DNA of 64,000 nucleotides from Gemmatimonadaceae bacterium (GCA_051859245.1 JBHYGA010000001.1:608001-672000), one strand, 5' to 3'; positions 10,401-20,034 are shown, counted from the stretch's first letter. Translations and numbers: made by a program. The notes: generated by a model not told the origin, from the letters alone.

Positions 10401-10645
10401 TTTTCCGTCGTCGCGAGCGACGACTCCAGCACCTTGGCAATCGTTTCTTCGAGGACCACCGGTTCCACGCCCGCATTCGATACGCTCACGCGTACCTGCG
10501 GATACACGATTTTGGGCAGCAGATCGACCGGCAATCGACCCACGTACACGAGACCAAGCACCAGCAACGTGCTGGTCAGCATCACCGTGCCGATGGGCCG
10601 CAGAATGGACCAGCTGGCGATGCCGCGATGCTTCGGATCACTCAT
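7463..10645 (-). CDS. RND efflux transporter permease (AcrB/AcrD/AcrF family)
   Basis: 1060 aa; 'LPVDLLP', 'NIMSLGGLALGTGLLLDNSIVMLENI', 'RMRPILMTT'. Confidence 0.95.
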   Translation of the reverse strand: MSDPKHRGIASWSILRPIGTVMLTSTLLVLGLVYVGRLPVDLLPKIVYPQVRVSVSNAGVEPVVLEETIAKVLESSLATTENLQRMETDISEGRVNVSLDFRYGTNVDFALQDAAKNVERVRARLPVEADPPVINKSDPSQMQIYQVAFSSTERDLVGLRQWVEQRLRPQLLSVDGVASVDVSGGLVREVQIELDPERLRGFGLSVNGVLSALRNDNQNIAGGRVSGPDLELVSRTTGKFESVEEIRGVLLTGAGGTRIPLRDVAIVRDTSQEQRFWARLNGSPAVRIGIQKQPEANTVEVVDGVQELLGRLRESAYIPRDIDYNVTFDQSGFIRDALSSVQGAAVTGAILAMFVVLIFLRSFRKTFIIGVSIPLAVLATFVMMGIGDLTLNIMSLGGLALGTGLLLDNSIVMLENIYRRRVSDGLDSEESAHVGAAEVSNAVVASTTTNLASVAPFLLITGLAALIFRELILTISFAILASLPLALTLVPMLAAQLGKVRFSSGLERFGPLVAFDRFLKRMIEGYRSAAAGAVRWKWTVVGAAVGISAIAIYVGRGIPSEFLPQVDDGTVSAFVRLPAGATPAQTDRLTRELESMVQAMPNVQSVFATAGGFLFGGSNSANAGRGSLDIRLDGARDRSITAEQWVTQLQTRIDERGFAGARVGVRPPRIRGLRTSSSGEAVSVAIVGDELQTLEQIGRTVARTLQGTPGLQNFDLQADEQNPLLSIELDRERARTLGLDVATVGQTIRTALDGTVATRYAEGNFEYDVRVFFPRGRFQSVNNLADLPLFPAGAGRDPVQLRDVAFVGPALGPSSIRRVNQNRQIQLTGDVLTNVASVGAVTDSIRTRLAQLDIPDGYGVLIGGEAEAIEESNAQMLLVVGLAIFLVFVVLSVQYESLSDPFVILAAVPMSLVGVVGILKITGTPFSAPALLGMILLAGIVVNNSILLVEFVNAHIKETGASVGEAVVEAGAARMRPILMTTITSLVGTAPLALGIGNGSELMRPLAIAVVGGLSVSTLLTLFVVPCLYVIMHALTSKLRSFVLGSPDVRGAMPQPVAGD

Positions 10646-11910
10646 GGGGTCTTCCTCGCTGCAGAACTGTCAACAAGGGCGGTGGGCGCGGTGATTGGTG
10701 TGCCTTCCGCGCGCGACGGTGCATCTGGTGAGAGCGGATCCACAATGCGCACTTTGCCGCCGTCGCGGACGAGCGAGTTGCCGGCCACAATCACGGAGTC
10801 ACCCAACGCCAGCCCGGAGAACACTTCAAGCTGGCCATCAACATCGCTGCCTACGCGCACCGGACGGCGTTCGGCCAGTCCATTGCGAATGACAAACACG
10901 CTGCGCGCACCAGTCGCACCAAGCACCGCGCGTGTGGGCACCACCAGCGCGTCTTCTCGCGCGTCGAGTCTCAGCAGCGCACGCACCGTGTAGCCTGGAC
11001 GTAACTGTGCCGTTGATGCGCCGGTCACGGCCACTTCAACCGGCACTAGTCGCGACACGGAATCGGCCGCCGGAAAGATGCGACGAATGCGTCCGGGGAA
11101 CTGCGCGCCACCCAACGCATCCACACGCAGATTTACTTCGGCGCCAGTGCGAAGCTGCGAGACTTCCAGTTCAGACACCGGAAGCCGCACTACGAGTGTG
11201 CTCAGGTCACTGACCGTAAACAGTCGTGTGTTCGGCGAGACGATATCACCACCCTGCACAAAACGTGCTGTGACCACGCCGCTGATGGGAGTCTTGATCT
11301 GCGCAAAGCCCAATCGTGTTTGTAACTGCGTGAGCGTGGCCTGCGCTGACGCCAGTGCGCTCTGATCCCGTTCGTTCTCCGCGGCGGTGACAATTTGCTG
11401 GCGAAACAGATCCGCCGATCGCGTGGCGGTGGATTTCGCGAATGTGAGTGCCGCTTCGGCCGCGCGAACCTGCGCTGTCAACTCTCGCGAGTCGATTTCA
11501 GCCAGGACCTGTCCCGCGCGGACGCGTGAACCTTCTTCAACATTCACATCAAGCAGCGCGCCGCCGAGCTGCGCATTCACGCTCACCGTGCGAATCGGCT
11601 CCAGCAGTCCTGTCACCAGGCTGGTATTGGCCATGGTGACACGTTCCACGAGCGCGATTTCCACCGGGGTGATCTGCGGCGCGCCGCCTCCGCCAGCGCC
11701 GCCACCCGGACGCCCACCACCGCCACCGCCACCTGCGGGGGCCGCCTCTGACGATTCCTGCCCGCACGCGGCGAGCGAAAACAGCAGTGCGGGGACGAAC
11801 AGTCCCTTCACGGTGACCTGCAAAGCGGGCACGAAGCGCATTGGAGCGGCGTCTGGGCGAAATTGAGGAGCGGGCATGGTACCGAGTCTCGGCACCACGC
11901 CCGCGACCAC
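10642..11910 (-). CDS. RND efflux periplasmic adaptor (membrane fusion lipoprotein); true start probably somewhat downstream
   Basis: Lipobox LAAC, lipoyl-like 'VEEGSRVRAGQVLAEID', 'IKTPISGVV'; 4-nt overlap with the permease. Confidence 0.92.
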   Translation of the reverse strand: MVAGVVPRLGTMPAPQFRPDAAPMRFVPALQVTVKGLFVPALLFSLAACGQESSEAAPAGGGGGGGRPGGGAGGGGAPQITPVEIALVERVTMANTSLVTGLLEPIRTVSVNAQLGGALLDVNVEEGSRVRAGQVLAEIDSRELTAQVRAAEAALTFAKSTATRSADLFRQQIVTAAENERDQSALASAQATLTQLQTRLGFAQIKTPISGVVTARFVQGGDIVSPNTRLFTVSDLSTLVVRLPVSELEVSQLRTGAEVNLRVDALGGAQFPGRIRRIFPAADSVSRLVPVEVAVTGASTAQLRPGYTVRALLRLDAREDALVVPTRAVLGATGARSVFVIRNGLAERRPVRVGSDVDGQLEVFSGLALGDSVIVAGNSLVRDGGKVRIVDPLSPDAPSRAEGTPITAPTALVDSSAARKTP

Positions 11911-11944
11911 CCCTTATACGCCGCAGAGCAGGTCTGCGTTCAGA

Positions 11945-12586
11945 TCAATCTGGCGTCAGCGCGTAGATGGCTCGCAGCTCTTCCAGCAACGCTCCCGTAT
12001 CGATGTGGAGATCCTTGAGCAGACCGTCATGAAGGTCGTACACCCAGCCGTGCACCTGTGGCGTGCCGCCCTTGAGGTAGCGCTTTTGCACCACGGCCAT
12101 TTTGAGCACGTTGCGGCACTGTTCAATCACGTTGAACTCCACCAGGCGATTCGTCCGCTCGGTCTGGTCCTCAATCACGTTCAGCTCGGCGGCGTGCATC
12201 CGATAGACATCGCGGATGTTGCGGAGCCACGGGTTGAGCAGCCCCAGATCGGCCGCCTGCATGGCCGCCTTCACGCCACCGCAGCCGTAATGGCCACACA
12301 CGACGACGTGGTCGACGCCGAGTGTTCCCACCGCGTATTGAATGACCGACTGCGAGTTGAGGTCCGTGTTGGGCACCAGGTTTGCGATGTTGCGATGCAC
12401 GAACAGGTCGCCCACGTCGAGGCCGGTGATCTCATTCGCGGGCACGCGGCTGTCGGCGCAGCCAATCCAGAGCCATCCGGGCTTCTGGTCCTGAGCAAGG
12501 TGGTCAAAAAATGTGGGGTCGGCGGCGGTGCGCTGCGCCACCCATTCGCGGTTGTTCGCGAAGATCTGTTCGTACGAGGCGGGCAA
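11945..12586 (-). CDS. can: Beta-class carbonic anhydrase
   Basis: Zn ligand motifs 'GCADSRV' and 'GHYGCGGV'; 'FVHRNIAN'. Confidence 0.95.
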   Translation of the reverse strand: MPASYEQIFANNREWVAQRTAADPTFFDHLAQDQKPGWLWIGCADSRVPANEITGLDVGDLFVHRNIANLVPNTDLNSQSVIQYAVGTLGVDHVVVCGHYGCGGVKAAMQAADLGLLNPWLRNIRDVYRMHAAELNVIEDQTERTNRLVEFNVIEQCRNVLKMAVVQKRYLKGGTPQVHGWVYDLHDGLLKDLHIDTGALLEELRAIYALTPD

Positions 12587-12627
12587 GGAAGGCTCCTGAG
12601 CAAGGGGCGAGTCGATAGATTACTTGG

Positions 12628-13113
12628 ATGGTAGTCATCGACGCAGCACCCAGCGACGGAAAGCTTGGCCGAACGGCCGACGCGGTGTCTCGGGTCTCGA
12701 CCCCCCGGCTTCTTGGCCGCGCGCTCCTGCTGCGCTGCCCCAACTGCGGTGGGGGCAAGCTGTTCTCCTCGTTTTTCACGCTCAAGCCCGAATGCCCCAC
12801 CTGTGGCCTGCGCATTGAACGCGGCGAAAGCGACTACTTTGTGGGCGCGTATCTGTTCAATCTCATCGCCGTTGAACTGATTCTGTTCTTCTGCGTGTGC
12901 GGGTTCGTGTTTGTGACCTGGCCCGATGTGCCGTGGGATTTGCTCACGTACGTCACGGGAGCGCTGATGCTGGCCGGTTGCCTGCTGTGCTATCCGTTCG
13001 CCAAGACCACCTGGTTGGCGGTTGACCTCGCCATTCGTCCGCTGAGTGACGAGGAGCTCCGCTGGCATCGCGCCGGTGGAGATATTGGCGACCAGGAGTT
13101 GCCGCACGTCTGA
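12628..13113 (+). CDS. DUF983-like zinc-ribbon membrane protein
   Basis: 'RCPNCGGGKLF...CPTCG' followed by two TM helices. Confidence 0.8.
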   Translation: MVVIDAAPSDGKLGRTADAVSRVSTPRLLGRALLLRCPNCGGGKLFSSFFTLKPECPTCGLRIERGESDYFVGAYLFNLIAVELILFFCVCGFVFVTWPDVPWDLLTYVTGALMLAGCLLCYPFAKTTWLAVDLAIRPLSDEELRWHRAGGDIGDQELPHV

Positions 13114-14812
13114 GACGCTCCGCGTGTCGTCGCTCGACGCCGTCGCGTTGCCGAGCCGCGTACCGTTATGGCGAGCTGCGGCGGCCGTCTGCCAGTTTGA
13201 GTTGCGTGTGCAGAGTCGTGAGCCAGCCACGTATCTCTATGCCCTCGTCTTCCTGCTGCTCACGTTTGCGTTTGTGAGCAGCGGGACGGTTGAGCTGGTA
13301 CAGAACCGCGGCGCACTTCCCAAACTCTCGCCGCTCGCGATTGCACTTGCGCTCGGTGGACTCACCGCCTTTGGTCAGGTGATCACCACGATGATCACCG
13401 CGAGCGCGATCTTGCGCGATCGGGCCTGGCGCACGGATCAGCTGGTGTTCACCACGCCCGTGTCGCATCGCGCGTGGATTGTGGGTCGATGGAGCGCCGC
13501 GTTGCTGGTGATGGCCGCAGTGTACGGTGCGCTCACGATTGGTGTTGTGCTCGGCGCGCTGGCCCCGTGGGTTGTGCGTGACGTGTCGATGGTTGATGTG
13601 GCCGTGCGTGCGTTCCTGCCATGGATTACGCTCACGGTGCCAACGAGCGCGGCCGTGGCCACGGTACTCATCGCGGCCGCCTTACGTACGCAACGATTGC
13701 TTGGCGTCGTCGCGAGTGCGCTCACCCTCGTGTTTCTGTGGCAAGCATGTGAAGCCATTGCGCAGGCGTATGCGTTTGGCGCCGGGCTCTCGCCGCTGCC
13801 GAACGCCGTGTTGATTGCGGCGCTCGCCGATCCATTTGGCACCGTCGCAACACAAGTAGTGACGGTTGACTGGACCGACGCTCAGCGCGCGCGGGAGTTT
13901 GTACCGTTGTCCGGATTGGTGGGCGCGAGTCGAATCGTGTGGGTGGTAATTGCCGCCGCGATCGGCGCGTACATACTGCGGCAATCACGCGAAGTTATTC
14001 TCTGGGGTGATTCAGCAGCGCCGGCGCATGTTGTTGCACCAGACTCGGAGATCAACGAGGGACTCGTCAGCCGTCTTCGTTCACGCACCCTGTTGTTGGC
14101 GCAGTTTACCGTACGCTGGATGTGGCGTGACAAAGGCTGGCGCGTGATCGCTGCGCTCGGCGCCATCAACGTACTTGCGCATGCGCTGAGTGCCTCGGCC
14201 GCTGATACGATGCTTGCTTCGGCCGATCAAGCGCGACAGGTGGTGCTGCTGGTGCAGGAGCATGCGCGCCTGTTCTTCATTTTGCTTGCCACCATCTACG
14301 CAGGTGAGCTGCTCTGGCGCGATGTAGATCAGCGCTCGCATGAGCTGGTACTCAGCGCGCCCGTAAGCAGTCGGTCGCTGGTGCTCGGACGCACACTCGG
14401 CATTGCGATTGCTGAGAGTGCACTGGTGAGCGTGTTGCTCTTGAGCGCGTGGACTGCGTTGGCGGCACGGGGTGCAGTCGGCTCACCGATCACGGTGCTG
14501 GCGCTTGGCGCACTCTGGCTGTTGGTGCCATTTGTGCAGTGGACTGTGTTGTCGCTTTTCGTGCACGTGATAGTGCGCAACAAGATTGCGGCGCATCTGG
14601 TACTCATCACGGGCTGGGTACTTGCGGTGGCACTCGATGCAAACGGCGTGACATCACCGTGGGTGCGTTTTGCTGATCCGCCAACCCTGGCGCCGATCGG
14701 TGCAATCCCGTGGGGCGACGCCGTGCTGCGTGCCGCCTGGTGGAGCACCGTGAGCGCGATTTTCGTCGCGCTCACGGTTCGCAAATGGCGCGGCGTTACT
14801 TCTCCACGATGA
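13046..14812 (+). CDS. ABC-2-type permease-like polytopic membrane protein (two permease repeats); start uncertain, possibly GTG 13124
   Basis: About 12 TM helices; repeated 'ILRD...LVFTTPVS' and 'LWRD...LVLSAPVS' ABC-2 motifs; 'LADPFG'. Confidence 0.7.
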   Translation: MTRSSAGIAPVEILATRSCRTSETLRVSSLDAVALPSRVPLWRAAAAVCQFELRVQSREPATYLYALVFLLLTFAFVSSGTVELVQNRGALPKLSPLAIALALGGLTAFGQVITTMITASAILRDRAWRTDQLVFTTPVSHRAWIVGRWSAALLVMAAVYGALTIGVVLGALAPWVVRDVSMVDVAVRAFLPWITLTVPTSAAVATVLIAAALRTQRLLGVVASALTLVFLWQACEAIAQAYAFGAGLSPLPNAVLIAALADPFGTVATQVVTVDWTDAQRAREFVPLSGLVGASRIVWVVIAAAIGAYILRQSREVILWGDSAAPAHVVAPDSEINEGLVSRLRSRTLLLAQFTVRWMWRDKGWRVIAALGAINVLAHALSASAADTMLASADQARQVVLLVQEHARLFFILLATIYAGELLWRDVDQRSHELVLSAPVSSRSLVLGRTLGIAIAESALVSVLLLSAWTALAARGAVGSPITVLALGALWLLVPFVQWTVLSLFVHVIVRNKIAAHLVLITGWVLAVALDANGVTSPWVRFADPPTLAPIGAIPWGDAVLRAAWWSTVSAIFVALTVRKWRGVTSPR

Positions 14813-15767
14813 TCAGGTAGGGCGAAGCAGCCCAGAACGCCGTGGGATCCGTGATACGAATGCTCGTACCGCGGAACGCACCATCTTTGTCCTTCCGCTC
14901 GGCTTCGATGTACGCCGCGTTGTGGCGCGACACGATCCGATAGTCCTTGTCTGCACGCGGAAGCGGAATCGTGAGCGTTTCGCGCTTGTCCGCCATGGTG
15001 AAGTTGGCTTCATCAAGCGTGCGCGCCGGAACGAGCGATTCGCCAAGTCGCGTCACGAGCAACGCACGCGAGCCGCCCTCTTCTGCGATCACCTTGCGAT
15101 CCAGCAACTGACGCTTGGTGCCCACGGTGTAGAACACCCGATTCAGACTCGTCTCCACACGACGCACCGTATCCGTAAGCGCGGCCTTCTCGTAGGTGAG
15201 CTGCACGTTCGTCTCGCGCAGCGCCTTTACTTCCGTCTCAAAGGCCACGATTTCGCGATCGCGCATGGCCAGACGCGCCTGCAGATCCTGCAGCAGCTCG
15301 GCGGCCGCCGACGACTCACCACGCAGCGTCACGAGCGAATCACGCGTGCGCTGCAAATCAGACTGCCGCGCTGCGAGACGCTGCCGCAGCTGCTTGAGAC
15401 GATCCAGAATGTCTTCACGCGCGGCACTTGCCTGTGCCTTGCCACTTTCGTCGCCCGCCTGTGGCTTCACCTTTGATGTGAGTCCGCGCACCTGTCGCAG
15501 CTCGGCGTCAATCTGGTCGGCAAACTTGCTCGCTTCGGCGAGCTCGGTAATCGCCCGGTCACTTTCTGCACCGGAGTTCGACACGATGGCCGCGAGAGAA
15601 TCGCGGGCCGCCGTAGCAGCGGCCAGCTCGGTCGCGAGGCGTTCGGCCTCGGCAATGGCCTTCTGATCCTGACAGGCACCGAGCGAGAGCAGGGCAAAAA
15701 GCGCCAGCGACATGGAACGCGTGGCGCGCACCGGAGCGACGCGCGAGGAACTGACGGAGGAGAACAT
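14796..15767 (-). CDS. Coiled-coil lipoprotein resembling the Cbp1-type family; start uncertain (15767 or 15713)
   Basis: Lipobox LGAC; long heptad region; C-terminal 'LNRVFYTVGTKRQL...ITDPTAFWAASPYLII'. Confidence 0.6.
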   Translation of the reverse strand: MFSSVSSSRVAPVRATRSMSLALFALLSLGACQDQKAIAEAERLATELAAATAARDSLAAIVSNSGAESDRAITELAEASKFADQIDAELRQVRGLTSKVKPQAGDESGKAQASAAREDILDRLKQLRQRLAARQSDLQRTRDSLVTLRGESSAAAELLQDLQARLAMRDREIVAFETEVKALRETNVQLTYEKAALTDTVRRVETSLNRVFYTVGTKRQLLDRKVIAEEGGSRALLVTRLGESLVPARTLDEANFTMADKRETLTIPLPRADKDYRIVSRHNAAYIEAERKDKDGAFRGTSIRITDPTAFWAASPYLIIVEK

Positions 15768-15996
15768 AGGTAGAGTGAAGACGAGGGGGATGGGCCAACG
15801 GGTGTGCAAGCACTATACTGCACAGCTCGCTTTCGTAACCCGGCGAACGTACCTCTATCAGTTACGTGACGGAAGTGTTACGCGTCACAGAAATACGGCC
15901 AGATACGCGTTCTCAGCCGAGAACTTCCTCGACTCCCCGCGTCGATCGACCGCCACCTGTCAGCACCGGGTGCGAGTCCCGGGGGAGGATGTGTCC

Positions 15997-16545
15997 ATGG
16001 CTTACCGCACTGATCGTGCGCGCGTGGCAATGATGCTGGTTGTGGGCACCGCGCTTGGCGCTTGCCATCACGCGGTCCCGGTCACGGGCGCGCTCGTCAC
16101 CCCGCCCATTGAATCGCTCTCGCTCGTACTGCCCCTGAATGAAGCCGAGTCGGTGCGACAGCTGCGCAAGGCGATTTTTGAGGCCGGCCTGCAGACCACG
16201 GCACAGCATGAGGCCGAGCGTTGGGTGCGTGTGGACATGGGCAGCGATCTCACCGACGAATCGCTCGTTCGGCAGTGGCACGCGTTCTTGCGCTACGATC
16301 CCATGCCCTGGGGGCGCACCATGATTTCGTTGCGCGCCGTGGAAATGCGCACGCACCTCATGAAGAGTGAGCGTACCGGGTCTCGAGTGGCCGCACGCAG
16401 TCAGATGGTGATGGTCTCGGACCAATCAACGGGGCTCGCGCAGCAGGCCTGGCAGCGCCTCGAGCAGATTGCCGCCGAGCTGGTGGAGGCCGGTGCCGAA
16501 TCGCTGAACGAGTCGGGGCCTCGCACGGCGGTGATTCGGCGGTAG
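15997..16545 (+). CDS. Hypothetical lipoprotein
   Basis: GGAGG upstream of ATG 15997; lipobox LGAC; fills the gap between flanking genes. Confidence 0.6.
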   Translation: MAYRTDRARVAMMLVVGTALGACHHAVPVTGALVTPPIESLSLVLPLNEAESVRQLRKAIFEAGLQTTAQHEAERWVRVDMGSDLTDESLVRQWHAFLRYDPMPWGRTMISLRAVEMRTHLMKSERTGSRVAARSQMVMVSDQSTGLAQQAWQRLEQIAAELVEAGAESLNESGPRTAVIRR

Positions 16546-16554
16546 TCGCCGCGA

Positions 16555-17055
16555 TCAGCACTTCCCCTGCTTGTGCGCGATCGGCTCACACGTGAAGGCG
16601 CCATCGCGCCACAAGCCGAGTCGCTCGCGCCGAGCGGTTGCGACAGCAGCGCGCACCGCCTCAACGTCGCGCACGTTTGGGGGAAAGACCACGGCCACGG
16701 CCCAGCCATCTCTGGCCTGGGCCACGTTGATCTGTTCGCCGCCCACCGGCGCGGTGTACGCATAGGCAAGCGTTCGCCCGTACCGGTCTTCGCGCTGTAC
16801 ATCGAACTCGAGCCACACCGTGCTTCCGCGCGGCATGCGTGAGCGGAGGGCATCGCGTGACTGCGTGCCAAACGGCGCCTGATCCATTTCAGGCGCGTCC
16901 AGCAGCAGCAATCGCACACGCTGCTCATTGGTACAGCGAAACGAATCACCGTCGGAGACGTCGGCAACTTCGCATGGTTCACGCGACGATTCGACCGCCG
17001 GTGCGCAGCCAGCGAGCAGGCCGAACGCGAGGATGGCGCGCGTTGCGTACTTCAT
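16555..17055 (-). CDS. Thermonuclease (staphylococcal nuclease-like) lipoprotein
   Basis: 'DGDSF', 'RVRLLLLDAPE', 'DRYGRTLAY', 'GLW'; lipobox LAGC; ATGA overlap with the upstream gene. Confidence 0.9.
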   Translation of the reverse strand: MKYATRAILAFGLLAGCAPAVESSREPCEVADVSDGDSFRCTNEQRVRLLLLDAPEMDQAPFGTQSRDALRSRMPRGSTVWLEFDVQREDRYGRTLAYAYTAPVGGEQINVAQARDGWAVAVVFPPNVRDVEAVRAAVATARRERLGLWRDGAFTCEPIAHKQGKC

Positions 17056-17879
17056 AACCACCCGCGCAGCCTGTACACGAACAAGCCCACGGCCTCGTGC
17101 AGCGCGGCACGTGTCACGAACAGTCGCGCTCCCGGTGTACCCAGTCGAGAGTAGGTGACATTGCGCGGTGTGGACGGCGCGCACATCACACTCACGCCGG
17201 TCGCTTCCAGCGTTTCGCAGGCACGTCGCGCGTGCAGCGGATCCGTGGTCGCACGCAGTCGTGTCCAGCCGCGCGTGCGCGCCAACGCTGCGAAGGCGAG
17301 GCTTTCATCATGCGTATTGCGCACGTTGCTCACGGTGTGCAGTGTCACGGCGCCGCCGAGCAATGCGACCAGTCGCGTTTGATCCTGCTGCGTCGTCACT
17401 ACGCGTCCATCGATCACGCGCGTTTGCACAGACACCACGAGATCGCGAATGCCCAGCCGCTTGGCATCTTCCATTGCGCTCACGAGTCGCGAGAGTGCGA
17501 TGTCGCCAATTTCGCCGGCGTCTGTCATGGCGCCGCTGTACACCACAATGGCATCGGTCGGCGCGCCGGCGGCGTCGGCTCGCAGCAGCGAGAGTGCCGG
17601 TCGTTCAACGAGGGGTGTGTACAACACGATCAGCAGCAGGAACATGGCCGCCATCGCGGTAAACCAGAGCCAGCGGGCGAAGCGGGTTGGCGCAATCAGC
17701 GCGCCGAGTACAAGCGCACCCAAGCGGAGTGTGTTTGGGCTAAGCGCGGTCGCATCAGATAAACCGAGCGTGAGCGCCACTTCCATTGTGCCAAACGCGA
17801 GCGCTGCGCCGGCTACGCGCACAGGCCAGCCGGACAAACGTCCGGCTGGCATAACCTCATGCACTGGACTGCTATTCAC
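17052..17879 (-). CDS. YdcF/DUF218 (ElyC/SanA-like) membrane-anchored protein
   Basis: 'DAIVVYSG', 'RNTHDES', 'TTDPLHARRA', 'LHEAVGLFVYRLRGWL'. Confidence 0.8.
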   Translation of the reverse strand: MNSSPVHEVMPAGRLSGWPVRVAGAALAFGTMEVALTLGLSDATALSPNTLRLGALVLGALIAPTRFARWLWFTAMAAMFLLLIVLYTPLVERPALSLLRADAAGAPTDAIVVYSGAMTDAGEIGDIALSRLVSAMEDAKRLGIRDLVVSVQTRVIDGRVVTTQQDQTRLVALLGGAVTLHTVSNVRNTHDESLAFAALARTRGWTRLRATTDPLHARRACETLEATGVSVMCAPSTPRNVTYSRLGTPGARLFVTRAALHEAVGLFVYRLRGWL

Positions 17880-19954
17880 TCCTGCGAGATCGGTCCGCCG
17901 CCAGGCTTGCCTGGCGGGGCAGTCCAGCGATCAAACCAACTGCGCAGGAATGCCTGCGTGCGCAGAAAGTTGGAGGGCGTCGAACTGGTGCCGTGCCACT
18001 CGTTGTTGAAGCGCACCATCGCGGTGGGCACCTTCAAGACTTTGAGCGCTTCGTAATACTCCTCCGTCTGCGCCATCGGCGTGCGCAAATCGTTCACGCC
18101 GGTCATGAGCATGGTGGGTGTACGCACATTGCCCACGTACATGAGCGGCGAGCGACGCAAGTGTTCCGACGGATCGTCCCACGGAAACTTCTCAAAGTTG
18201 CGATACCACGTGGGACCATCTGTTGTGCCCACAAAGCTGAACCAGTTGGTCACGGGACAGTTGGCGCTTGCCGCTGCAAACCGATTGGTGTGACCAACAA
18301 TCCAGCTCGTGAGCACGCCACCGCCCGAACAGCCAAACACGTAAAGCCGATTCGTGTCGATGTATCCTCGGCCAATCACCGAATCCACACCGGCCATGAG
18401 GTCATCGTAGTCTTTGCCGGGATACGCATTCTTGATGGCGTTACCGAACGCCGAACCGTATCCGGTGGAACCGCGCGGGTTGGTGTACAGCAGCACAAAC
18501 CCGTGCGCCGCGTGATCCTGTCGCGCAAAGCTGAAGCCCACGTTGTACATCGAGTGCGGTCCGCCGTGAATCTCCAGCATCAGCGGATACTTCTTTGACG
18601 GATCAAAGTCAGGTGGTTTGACAATCCACCCCTGAATACGAAAACCGTCGACCGATGTGTACCAGATTTCTTCCGTTGTCGCGAGCTCTTTGCCCGCGAG
18701 CAAATCAGCATTGATGTTCGTAAGCGTGTTGATCTTGTCGGGCGTACGCACATCAAAGGCCACGATGTCGGCGGGCAACATGGGCGTGCTGCGTGTGCCG
18801 ACCACCAGCCCGGTCTTGCTCATGTCGTTGGCCGACAACATATGCGCACCCTTCGTCACCACACGGTGCTGACCGGTGATTGACACATAGTGCAAGTTGC
18901 TTGCGCCTTCGCTCTGCACCGTGAAGTACACACCGCGATTGTCCGCCGCCCACGTCAGGCCACTCGGTGAGCGATCCAGATCCGCAGTGAGTACGCGCGA
19001 GTTGGTGCCGTCGGCATTCATCAGGTACAGCGCAGCGTCTTTCCACGTTGCGTCGGTGGAATCGTAGCCGGTGTACGCGATGTAGCGACCATCGGGTGAC
19101 GGCACCGGGTTGCCGTCGGGGCCACGACGCGTGGTCAGCTGGCGTACCGTTCCGCTGGCTACGTCAACGCGATAGATGTCTGATTCACGCCACGCGTATT
19201 CCCATTCAGGATCGCGATTGGCCGAGAGCAACAGCGCCAGACCATCCGGTGTCCACGTGCCACCCGTGTGATTCCAATCGCCACTCGTGATCTGGCGCGG
19301 TGTGCCGCCATCGGCCGAGACAATGAACTGGTGCGTGAATCCGTCGGGCAGAAAGCCCTGACGATCCGCACGATAGCGCACCTTGGTCACCACGCGCGGC
19401 GGCTCTGTCCACTTCGCACCTTTCGGCGCAGGGGGCAATGCGAGATTCCAATTCTCACGCTGCGGAACCTGCATCTCAAATGCGATGTGTCCGCCGTCTG
19501 GGGACCAGTTGATGTCGCTTGGTGATTCTACCAGCCGCGTGATCTGCGATGTTGCACCTTCGGCATCCATCCATCGCACAAAGATCTGCGAACCGCCAGG
19601 CTCGCCCGGTGCGAGATACGCGATGCGCGTGCCGTCTGGAGACCAACGTGGATTCGAGCCCTTCGTGAGGAACCGGTTGCGTGATCCGTCCACGTTCATC
19701 AGCCACAACGCCGACTCACGTTTGTCATTGACCGCGTCAATCCATGATCGCGTGTACAGAATCTGCCGGCCATCTGGCGAGAGCAGCGGATTGTTCACGT
19801 CTTGCCAGTTCATGTAATCGGCAATCGTGAGTCGATCCGGACCCGGCGCACTGGCGCGCGTGCTCTGCGCCAGCACCATTGGAGCCGAGAGCAACGTGAG
19901 TGTTACCGCGAAAGCGGAATGGCACTGACGCAATGAGGGGAATGACGCGAACAT
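17876..19954 (-). CDS. S9 family peptidase (acylaminoacyl/dipeptidyl aminopeptidase-like)
   Basis: PD40 'WSPDG' repeats; 'IHGGPH'; nucleophile 'GCSGGG'; 'DLRT'; 'EWHG'. Start refined to ATG 19954 with a GGAGG RBS. Confidence 0.93.
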   Translation of the reverse strand: MFASFPSLRQCHSAFAVTLTLLSAPMVLAQSTRASAPGPDRLTIADYMNWQDVNNPLLSPDGRQILYTRSWIDAVNDKRESALWLMNVDGSRNRFLTKGSNPRWSPDGTRIAYLAPGEPGGSQIFVRWMDAEGATSQITRLVESPSDINWSPDGGHIAFEMQVPQRENWNLALPPAPKGAKWTEPPRVVTKVRYRADRQGFLPDGFTHQFIVSADGGTPRQITSGDWNHTGGTWTPDGLALLLSANRDPEWEYAWRESDIYRVDVASGTVRQLTTRRGPDGNPVPSPDGRYIAYTGYDSTDATWKDAALYLMNADGTNSRVLTADLDRSPSGLTWAADNRGVYFTVQSEGASNLHYVSITGQHRVVTKGAHMLSANDMSKTGLVVGTRSTPMLPADIVAFDVRTPDKINTLTNINADLLAGKELATTEEIWYTSVDGFRIQGWIVKPPDFDPSKKYPLMLEIHGGPHSMYNVGFSFARQDHAAHGFVLLYTNPRGSTGYGSAFGNAIKNAYPGKDYDDLMAGVDSVIGRGYIDTNRLYVFGCSGGGVLTSWIVGHTNRFAAASANCPVTNWFSFVGTTDGPTWYRNFEKFPWDDPSEHLRRSPLMYVGNVRTPTMLMTGVNDLRTPMAQTEEYYEALKVLKVPTAMVRFNNEWHGTSSTPSNFLRTQAFLRSWFDRWTAPPGKPGGGPISQE

Positions 19955-20034
19955 CGGTTCCTCCGTAGACGGAAAACGGGGACGGTACAGCGCACGGCAG
20001 AGTGCGAGGCGGGACCTGCTACTTCGAGGAGAGA

